The position numbers and the translations under genes were made by a program. 36,418 nucleotides of DNA from Candidatus Magasanikiibacteriota bacterium (GTDB taxonomy: Bacteria > Patescibacteriota > Patescibacteriia > Magasanikbacterales > GWA2-37-8): NCBI GenBank assembly GCA_026396515.1, contig JAPLWQ010000003.1, positions 357,569 through 393,986 on the forward strand, in the 5' to 3' direction. This document shows, piece by piece, positions 7,217 to 13,949 of this stretch (its first letter is position 1; the number at the start of each line of letters is the position of its first letter). The notes under the pieces were generated by a model, which saw only the letters and a list, made by a program, of their open reading frames with translations, was not told the origin of the DNA and made no database searches.

Positions 7217-7245
7217 AAGCTACATTTTATTAAAAAAATAGTCAA
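7217..7245 (-). promoter_or_regulatory. Candidate sigma70 promoter TTGACT-N17-TAGCTT for the structured RNA
   Basis: The minus strand reads TTGACTatttttttaataaaatgTAGCTT. The -35 box is at 7245-7240 and the -10 box at 7222-7217. The -10 box keeps the invariant T1, A2 and T6. Confidence 0.45.
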
Positions 7246-7313
7246 GAGGATAATTTGACATGAATATTGCTAGAACACACGGGGTTCAAAAATTTTTGTA
7301 TTTGAAACTGTTC

Positions 7314-7322
7314 TGATATAAT
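7314..7322 (+). promoter_or_regulatory. Extended -10 element TGaTATAAT for the AMMECR1 gene
   Basis: TG at 7314-7315 and TATAAT at 7317-7322, 27 nt upstream of ATG 7350. The -35 box is weak. Confidence 0.5.
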
Positions 7323-7349
7323 ACTAACGATAGTAATCAAACGAACTTT

Positions 7350-7895
7350 ATGGAACTTAATTCTACCAAGCAAAAAACCGCGCTTGAAATTGCCCGGAAA
7401 ACTTTGGAGGCGCATTTTGACGGCCGCGACTATGTGCCGGAAGTTGGCGATATAAAAATACTGTCCGAGCATCGCGGGGTTTTTGTGACGCTTCGCAAAA
7501 ATGGAAACCTTCGCGGATGTATCGGAATATTTGAATCGGACAGACCGCTTACCGAGGTTATCCGCGAGATGGCTTTAGCGGCCGCGTTTGAAGACAATCG
7601 CTTTGAGCCACTGACAAAAGATGAATTAAACGAAATAAAAATTGAAATTTCGGTGCTTTCGCCAATGAAAAAAATCGCCAGTGCTGATGAAATTGAACTG
7701 GGGAAGCACGGCGTTAATATAAGGCGCGGAGCGCGAAGCGGTGTTTTTCTGCCGCAGGTGGCGGAAGAAACCGGCTGGGATAAAAAGACTTTTTTGGATT
7801 CGTTATGCGTTGAAAAGGCCGGGCTTGAACCCGGTTGTTACAACGACCCGAATACCGAACTTTACATTTTTACGGCGCAGGTGTTTGAGGAATGA
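7350..7895 (+). CDS. AMMECR1-domain protein (AmmeMemoRadiSam system protein A family)
   Basis: The 181-aa protein contains the hallmark LRGCIG motif (NGNLRGCIGIFES) and a matching C-terminal half (GVFLPQVAEETGWDKKTFL). Confidence 0.85.
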   Translation: MELNSTKQKTALEIARKTLEAHFDGRDYVPEVGDIKILSEHRGVFVTLRKNGNLRGCIGIFESDRPLTEVIREMALAAAFEDNRFEPLTKDELNEIKIEISVLSPMKKIASADEIELGKHGVNIRRGARSGVFLPQVAEETGWDKKTFLDSLCVEKAGLEPGCYNDPNTELYIFTAQVFEE

Positions 7896-7965
7896 GACGA
7901 CTCCCTCTCAACCCTCCTCTTCTTTATAAGTGGGGGAAACACTATTTTACCCCACCCCGACCATC

Positions 7966-7997
7966 TCTCTCTTTGTAAAAGAGAGAAATTTTGTTTA
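7966..7997 (+). terminator. Rho-independent terminator after the AMMECR1 gene
   Basis: TCTCTCTTT-gta-AAAGAGAGA forms a 9-bp stem (7966-7974 with 7978-7986), followed by AATTTTGTTT. Confidence 0.65.
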
Positions 7998-8029
7998 TTA
8001 CCGGAAAAAAAATTCAACCTCTACAACTA

Positions 8030-8057
8030 TTGACAAATTGCCATTTTGTGCTATCAT
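8030..8057 (+). promoter_or_regulatory. sigma70-type promoter TTGACA-N16-TATCAT driving GC-rich cassette B
   Basis: TTGACA at 8030-8035, a 16-nt spacer, then TATCAT at 8052-8057. An A-rich 5' UTR of ~70 nt follows. Confidence 0.6.
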
Positions 8058-8065
8058 ATCGCGTT

Positions 8066-8080
8066 CCGCATAAATAGCGG
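8066..8080. promoter_or_regulatory. Palindrome CCGCATAAATAGCGG (CCGC-N7-GCGG) at about +2 to +16, sister of the 5852-5866 site
   Basis: Read directly from the sequence. It has the same position relative to the -10 box as the cassette A site. Confidence 0.4.
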
Positions 8081-8131
8081 ACCGTACCTTCAAAACACAC
8101 AGGAAAGAAAGAAAACAGGAGGAAAAAAGAC

Positions 8132-8629
8132 ATGTTCCCGAACTATCATCTGACAGACTACGCGTTTTGGGCGGGGTTCATCTTGCTCCTGATCCTGCTG
8201 GCGATCCTCGTCGGCAAGCAGTGGGCCTGGCTCGTCGTCGACTTCAAGAAGAAAGACGGGCGGGGCTTCGACGCCGCCTGGCGCCACTTCCGTATAATAT
8301 TCCTGCTGACCGTGGTCTTCATCATCAGCGCCACCTTGCTCGTCATCGGCCAGGGTCAGACGGCTTCGACGCAGAACGCGGAGCTCAATCCGCCCACCAC
8401 CATTCGCTCCGATTTCGTCGAGAGTCAGAAGGGCGAAGCCGCAGCGCTGGTCCCCAAGACCGCGACGGAGATGCTGGAGGAAAGAGCGCGAGCCGAAGAA
8501 GAGAAGCGCGAGGGAAAGGTGGACGACCACCTGCGAACCAACCGGGAGGTCGGCAACTCAATGTCCGACTTCCGGACGAAGATGCTCAACCGAGATAACC
8601 CGGGCGCGACAACGCCCACCGAAAGGTAA
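8132..8629 (+). CDS. Two-TM membrane protein with a charged C-terminal tail (165 aa), cassette B gene 1
   Basis: SD AGGAGG (8117-8122). TM segments are FWAGFILLLILLAILVG and FRIIFLLTVVFIISATLLVIG. The tail is rich in Glu, Arg and Lys. Codons are GC3-rich. The alternative-frame ORFs 8167..8598(+) and 8090..8530(-) are GC shadows. Confidence 0.7.
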   Translation: MFPNYHLTDYAFWAGFILLLILLAILVGKQWAWLVVDFKKKDGRGFDAAWRHFRIIFLLTVVFIISATLLVIGQGQTASTQNAELNPPTTIRSDFVESQKGEAAALVPKTATEMLEERARAEEEKREGKVDDHLRTNREVGNSMSDFRTKMLNRDNPGATTPTER

Positions 8630-8639
8630 GGAGAAGAAC

Positions 8640-9638
8640 ATGAAACGGAACTTCAGCGTCATCGGCATCATCGGTTTCGCGATCGCCATTCTGGCGTCAA
8701 CCGGCTGCACCGAGGAAGTGCCCGGCGGATACGTCGGGATGGTCAAGAGCCCGTCGGGCTTCGAGGAAGACATCCTCGCGCCCGGAAACCACACCTGCTT
8801 CGGCCGGGACACCATGTACCTGCTCGAGGCCAGCGACCAGCAGATGACCGTCAGCATCAACCAGCTTTGCGCCGACCAGGTCAACTTCAGGTTCGACATC
8901 GGCGTGCTTTTCTCCGTCGACAGGAACAACCAGCAGGCGGTCAAGGCCTCCTTCCAGAACATTACTCCGGCAGTACAGGGGGGAGGGGCGACTCCGCGGA
9001 TCACCGGCAAACAACTCTTCGACATGTACGTAAAGCCGGCCGTGGACCAGCAGGCCAGAAAGGTGATTTCGCGATATCAAACCTCGGAGATCGTGGTCAA
9101 CAGAGCTCGCATCATCGAGGAAATAAACTCCGCGGTGAACACGGCGTTCTCAACGTCGCTGGTCAAGATCAAGATGCTCACGGTGAACAACGACGATTAC
9201 CCGGACTTCGTCACCAAGGCCCAGGAAGAAAAGGCCAAGCGACGCGTGGAGATCGAGACGGAAAAGGCCGAACAGGAGAAACGGGTCATCCAAGCCGAGA
9301 ACCAACTCAAGATCGCCGAGCTCAAGTACAAGGTCGACCTCGTGGGAGCCGCGATGATCGCCGATTCGAACAAAATCATCGGCGCCAGCATCAGCGACGG
9401 CTATCTCGCCTGGTGGCAGCTGAAAGTGCTGGGCGAGGCCGCCTCGGGACCCAACAACTGGGGCTTCATACCCTACTCCGACTTCGTGAACCAGCGGCCG
9501 GGTATCGGCAACCGGCTCACCTCTTCAGGGCTCGTCGATGCAGAGCTCATCAAGCGCATCGAGGATGCCAGGAAGTCGGCCCAGGCGGTCAATGCCGCCG
9601 AAGCAAAGCCTCCGGTCGCATCCGCTCCGAAGAAGTAG
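8640..9638 (+). CDS. SPFH/Band-7 (prohibitin/HflC-like) domain protein, a probable lipoprotein (332 aa), cassette B gene 2
   Basis: SD AAGGAG overlaps the upstream stop codon. The signal peptide ends in a Cys (GFAIAILASTGC). The core has a band-7-like layout (GYVGMVKSP...ILAPGNH...QVNFRFDIGVLFSV). It is followed by a heptad-like KAQEEKAKRRVEIETEKAEQEKRVIQAENQLKIAELKYK stretch, typical of SPFH proteins. Confidence 0.75.
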   Translation: MKRNFSVIGIIGFAIAILASTGCTEEVPGGYVGMVKSPSGFEEDILAPGNHTCFGRDTMYLLEASDQQMTVSINQLCADQVNFRFDIGVLFSVDRNNQQAVKASFQNITPAVQGGGATPRITGKQLFDMYVKPAVDQQARKVISRYQTSEIVVNRARIIEEINSAVNTAFSTSLVKIKMLTVNNDDYPDFVTKAQEEKAKRRVEIETEKAEQEKRVIQAENQLKIAELKYKVDLVGAAMIADSNKIIGASISDGYLAWWQLKVLGEAASGPNNWGFIPYSDFVNQRPGIGNRLTSSGLVDAELIKRIEDARKSAQAVNAAEAKPPVASAPKK

Positions 9639-9822
9639 GTGGCGACTAACTCCCCAACTTCGAAATTCTTTCCTGCCCGGTGACTATCCCCGTGATTCCT
9701 ATCTCCAAAAGGAGATACGCGAAGCCGGAGCACCAAAAAATTCGGCGAGATCATATCGATCTCGCCGGCTACTATGATTTTCCCTATCTTCTATTGAGAG
9801 AAAATGATAATAGCTGACACTT

Positions 9823-9860
9823 TAAAAAAATATCCCGACTTTATCGTCGGGATATTTTGT
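9823..9860. terminator. Bidirectional rho-independent terminator between cassette B (+) and murF (-)
   Basis: ATATCCCGAC-tttatc-GTCGGGATAT forms a 10-bp stem (9830-9839 with 9846-9855). It is flanked by A7 upstream and TTTTGT downstream, so each strand sees a hairpin followed by a U-tract. Confidence 0.8.
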
Positions 9861-9869
9861 AATCTTGTA

Positions 9870-11162
9870 TTATTTTTTCTCCCACTCCCCTGTTTGTCTA
9901 ACCAAAAGTTCCGGAGCGCGCAAAGGCTCGGCCATTAATTCTTTTACAATTTTTTCCATTCTCACTCCTTGTGATCCTTTTATCAAAATCACATCCCCTT
10001 CTTTTATCGCATCCTGCAAAAATCTGCCGGCTGACGCACTATCGGCAAATGTTATCACCCGATGTTCATCCATGCCGGCTTCGCGGGCAGCCGAGGCAGT
10101 GTGCTTGCTCGCCTCCCCTACTGTTATAAGTACGTTTACTCCGAGCTCGGCGGCACGCAAACCGATTTCACGGTGCAAATTTTCCGTTTCCGGGCCAAGC
10201 TCAAGCATATCACCAAGCACTGCGTATCGTTCAGCGCCATATTTAAGAGCGATACTGGAAAGCGTTTTTAGAGCGGATTTAGTCGGCTCGGGCGAGGAAT
10301 TATAGGTATCATCAATAAGCATTGTTTTTTTAATACCGGGAATGAGACACATATGGCCCGGTATCGGCGGTAAATCGCGCAAAGCGCTCGCGGCATCAAC
10401 CAAATTAACACCAAATATATGGCCGACGGCCATTCCGGCCAAAGCGGACGGGATTAAATGTTCCGCCATAATACCCGGCAGAAAAACCGGTACAATATTT
10501 CCGGAGTGATTCACCTTAAAATTCAAACCGGTCGGCCAGCCATTTTCAGAATCGGTAATTATATTCACATCAGTAGCTTGAAAATCAGCGCCGTCTTTAA
10601 AGCCGTAAGTTAAAACTTCAGCCCGAGTTTTTGCGTTTTGCATCACCATATCATTGTCGAAATTCAAAACAGCAAAACCATCTTCGGTTAAATGCGACAC
10701 TATCACCCTCTTTTCCTGCGCAATTTTTTTGACTGTTTTAAAATACTCGGTGTGAGCGTGGGCGATATATGTGAGCACGCCGACTTTGCACGGCGCGATG
10801 TCCGTGAGATATACGATATCACCGGGCTTATCCGCGCCCATTTCAAGCACCAGTATTTCCGGATAATCAGTTCTGCGCTTGCCTAACATTTTACAGGCGC
10901 GCCCGATTACTTTAAACCAGCCAAAAATAGATTTACCCGGTGTTGTTTCAACGCCGATAATCGTGAGAGGCAGGCCGATTTCATTATTGTAATTTTTTAC
11001 GTTTGACCGCACGTTAAAGCGCGATTTGAGCACGGCTGTGGCCGCTTCTTTGGTTGAAGTTTTTCCAATTGACCCGGTGATGCCGACAATATCGGGCCGG
11101 TATTTTTTTAATATCTTCTTGGAAAGATTTCTTAAAATCCAGAGTAGAATTGTTTTTAGCAT
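9870..11162 (-). CDS. murF: UDP-MurNAc-tripeptide--D-alanyl-D-alanine ligase MurF, short form lacking the N-terminal domain
   Basis: Mur-ligase P-loop GITGSIGKTST already at residues 28-38. MurF hallmarks are present: NYNNEIGLPLT, DDTYNSSP, LGDMLELG. Confidence 0.85.
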   Translation of the reverse strand: MLKTILLWILRNLSKKILKKYRPDIVGITGSIGKTSTKEAATAVLKSRFNVRSNVKNYNNEIGLPLTIIGVETTPGKSIFGWFKVIGRACKMLGKRRTDYPEILVLEMGADKPGDIVYLTDIAPCKVGVLTYIAHAHTEYFKTVKKIAQEKRVIVSHLTEDGFAVLNFDNDMVMQNAKTRAEVLTYGFKDGADFQATDVNIITDSENGWPTGLNFKVNHSGNIVPVFLPGIMAEHLIPSALAGMAVGHIFGVNLVDAASALRDLPPIPGHMCLIPGIKKTMLIDDTYNSSPEPTKSALKTLSSIALKYGAERYAVLGDMLELGPETENLHREIGLRAAELGVNVLITVGEASKHTASAAREAGMDEHRVITFADSASAGRFLQDAIKEGDVILIKGSQGVRMEKIVKELMAEPLRAPELLVRQTGEWEKK

Positions 11163-11173
11163 AAAAAAAATAG

Positions 11174-12913
11174 TTATTGGTGTTTATCTTTTGCCACGCC
11201 ATAATAGTCAAGCGCAAAATCCGCCACATCTTTGAAAACGACTGCAGCTGTGGATTCCGCCCATTGGCGCTGAGGCGCTTCAAAACGAACAACGACAACA
11301 AATTTCGGATCGCTGGCCGGCGCAAAACCGCAAAAAGTATGATTTGTTTCCTCGGAATAACCGCCGGGCCCCGGAATCTGCGCCGTACCGGTTTTACCGG
11401 CGATATAGTAATCATCCATCCGGACCGAATTTACATAGGTCTTTTCTACCACTGATGTGAGCATGCCGTCAATCAATTTAGCGGAGCGCGGAGAAATTAC
11501 CTGAGCCGATACCTCGGGCTCAAATTTTTCCTTTTTTCCGTTGCCATAGCGAATTTCTTTTACCAAATACGGCTTGGGCAAGCGCCCTTCATTTGCCAGA
11601 GCGGAATAGGCAAGCGCGAGCTGCAACGGCGTGACAGTAATGCCCTGGCCAAATGAGGCCTGGGCGGAAAAAATAGCTGATTTTTTTTCAAGCGATGTTA
11701 TATTGCCGCCCGTCTCGGTGTCGAGTGGAATGCCGGACTTTTGTCCAAAACCAAATTTATCCATGTAAGTTTTCATTCTGTCTCTTTTCACTCTTTCCGA
11801 CACCCAAATCATACCGGTGTTAATGGAGTTCTCGAGTACTTGAGTCATTGTAACATTAGAACCGTAGCATTTGTTCAGGGCGTTATGAATTGTATATTGA
11901 TCAAATTTTCTCTCACAAGGATCATTAAAGGTCGTGTCCGGTCCGACCAGGCCCAGATCAATCGCCATAGACATAACCACCGGCTTAAACACCGAACCCG
12001 GCTCATAAGGAGTGAAGATTGTGTGGTTATTATAAACACTCACGCTTGAAGCATCGGAATAATTATTCGGGTCATAATCCGGCGCACTGCACATGGTAAG
12101 TATCGCTCCTGTTTTCGGGTCCATAATAATAAGCGAAGCGCTTTTCGCACTAAACGCTTTGGCCGCTTCCGCCAGCCTGGTGCAGGCCTTAAATTGAAGC
12201 GCCCGATCAATGGTAAGAATAATGTCCGCACCATTTTCAGCCTCAACCGAAGTTAGGCCGGCGAGCGATATCCAGCCGCCGGCAGCCGCTTTTTCACCCA
12301 TTAAAAAACCGGGTTTTCCCGAAAGTATTTTATTCCAATATCCTTCAATTCCGTAATTGCCAACCAAATTTTCATCCTTGTCCATCGAACAAAAACCAAT
12401 AACCGCGGCGCCGCTTTTTTCCTCCGGATAATAACGAAATGTTTCAGGAGAACCGTAAATGCCGGTGAGATTTACCGCTTTTAATTCATTTAATTTTTCT
12501 TCTGTGATTTTATTTGTAATCGGTTCGTACGGATCACCCGCCTTTGATAATTTTGCGCGAAGTTCGCCGGATTTTTCCAAAGGCAAAGCCAATATTTCCT
12601 CTAACTTTTTCGTCGTACTTTCCACCTGATCAGATGGGATCTCCGACGGCACAGAATATATTTTATAATAAGCGCGATTGATGGCAGCCGGAAATAATTC
12701 CCCCGAACGGGAATCCTGGAAATAGATATTGCCGCGGTCCGGATGAAGCTTCTGATAAATTTCGTGGGAAGAAAGGGCTAACGTTGAATAATACTCATGC
12801 TGTAAAACCTGAATACGAAAAAGCTGAACCACAACCATAATTACGACAGCCAAAAATAAATATGATAACAATTTTAGTTCAATAAATTGATCGGATCGCT
12901 TAGCGGTTGTCAT
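11174..12913 (-). CDS. ftsI: Class B penicillin-binding protein / peptidoglycan D,D-transpeptidase (FtsI/PBP2 type)
   Basis: N-terminal TM anchor. Active-site motifs SVFK (SxxK), SIN (SxN) and KTGTA (KTG) occur in the canonical order. Confidence 0.85.
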   Translation of the reverse strand: MTTAKRSDQFIELKLLSYLFLAVVIMVVVQLFRIQVLQHEYYSTLALSSHEIYQKLHPDRGNIYFQDSRSGELFPAAINRAYYKIYSVPSEIPSDQVESTTKKLEEILALPLEKSGELRAKLSKAGDPYEPITNKITEEKLNELKAVNLTGIYGSPETFRYYPEEKSGAAVIGFCSMDKDENLVGNYGIEGYWNKILSGKPGFLMGEKAAAGGWISLAGLTSVEAENGADIILTIDRALQFKACTRLAEAAKAFSAKSASLIIMDPKTGAILTMCSAPDYDPNNYSDASSVSVYNNHTIFTPYEPGSVFKPVVMSMAIDLGLVGPDTTFNDPCERKFDQYTIHNALNKCYGSNVTMTQVLENSINTGMIWVSERVKRDRMKTYMDKFGFGQKSGIPLDTETGGNITSLEKKSAIFSAQASFGQGITVTPLQLALAYSALANEGRLPKPYLVKEIRYGNGKKEKFEPEVSAQVISPRSAKLIDGMLTSVVEKTYVNSVRMDDYYIAGKTGTAQIPGPGGYSEETNHTFCGFAPASDPKFVVVVRFEAPQRQWAESTAAVVFKDVADFALDYYGVAKDKHQ

Positions 12914-13949
12914 AGGAATTTTTTAACTGGCCGCAGGCGGCGGCGATATCGGAACCTTGCGAAAGCCGCACCGTGGTCGTAAACCCGGATTTCATAAGTG
13001 TTTGCTGCCAACTTTTTATAATTTCAAAATCGGCGCTTTTTACGCTCTTATCGTTATCGATAGAATTATACGGAATGAGATTCAAGCGGACACGCCCCAA
13101 TTTTGACGCCAATTTTATCAACGCTTTCAGGTGCCGATCAGAATCGTTTATTCCGCCGATAAACATATATTCAAGCCCAACAAAATGCGTGCGACTGGCA
13201 AATTTTATATGATATTTTTTTGACCAGCCAATTAAAAACTCAAAAAAATCTTCCGGTTGAGACGGTATTAATTTCTTCCTGTCATCGGGAATTGCACTGT
13301 GAAGAGAAAGAGCAAATCGGATCGGGGGAAAATCAGGATCGTCGATCATTTTTTCCATACCGGCAACAACTCCGGCGGTTGAAAGTGTGATTTTCGTATG
13401 GCCCAGGTTGGCGAATTTAATCAGAATATTCATTGCATTTTTCACCGCCTCATAATTTAAAAGCGGCTCACCCTGCCCCATAAAAACAACATTGCCAATC
13501 TCCCCTTTCCGGTTTTCACGCAAATATTCCTGCCAAAATCTGAACTGCGCGACAATTTCTTCCATTGATAAATTCCTTTTGAAGCCGGCCCGGCCGGTGG
13601 CGCAAAAAACGCATTTCATCGGACAGCCGACCTGCGAGGAAACACAAATAGTATATCTTTTCTCCGCAGACGGTGAAATTTTTTTTGACTGTCTCCCCAT
13701 CAGAACGGTCTCCACCATTTCTCCGTCGGATAAGCGCAGCAAGGCCCTTTTCGTATCATCCAGTTTACTATCTAACAATTTTTCCAACTTAATAGGCATC
13801 CATAAAAGCGCATAAAATTTTTCCCTTAAATCTTTCGGCAGGGTTGATATATCACCAATTCCTTTTACGCCCGCATCAAACCAGGCGCGATATATTTGTT
13901 CGCGCCGGTATTTTGGCTCAAGTAAGGCAACATCATTCCAACCGATCAT
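12900..13949 (-). CDS. rlmN: Radical-SAM 23S rRNA/tRNA adenine-C2 methyltransferase RlmN
   Basis: CVSSQVGCPMKCVFCATG contains the CxxxCxxC cluster. GQGEPLLNY and the C-terminal AACGQL motif are present. It overlaps ftsI by 14 nt. Confidence 0.85.
   Translation of the reverse strand: MIGWNDVALLEPKYRREQIYRAWFDAGVKGIGDISTLPKDLREKFYALLWMPIKLEKLLDSKLDDTKRALLRLSDGEMVETVLMGRQSKKISPSAEKRYTICVSSQVGCPMKCVFCATGRAGFKRNLSMEEIVAQFRFWQEYLRENRKGEIGNVVFMGQGEPLLNYEAVKNAMNILIKFANLGHTKITLSTAGVVAGMEKMIDDPDFPPIRFALSLHSAIPDDRKKLIPSQPEDFFEFLIGWSKKYHIKFASRTHFVGLEYMFIGGINDSDRHLKALIKLASKLGRVRLNLIPYNSIDNDKSVKSADFEIIKSWQQTLMKSGFTTTVRLSQGSDIAAACGQLKNSYDNR

Noticed and set aside
7242-7472. 76-aa minus-strand ORF overlapping the AMMECR1 start
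   Set aside because: It lies antisense to a confidently identified gene and spans that gene's promoter. It has no signals of its own.
8090-9754. Numerous alternative-frame and antisense ORFs in cassette B (for example 8167..8598 +, 8090..8530 -, 8558..9025 -, 8867..9649 +)
   Set aside because: They are Arg/Gly/Pro-rich translations, typical of off-frame reading of high-GC3 genes. Only the 8132 and 8640 frames have an SD, TM or signal features and domain-like sequence.
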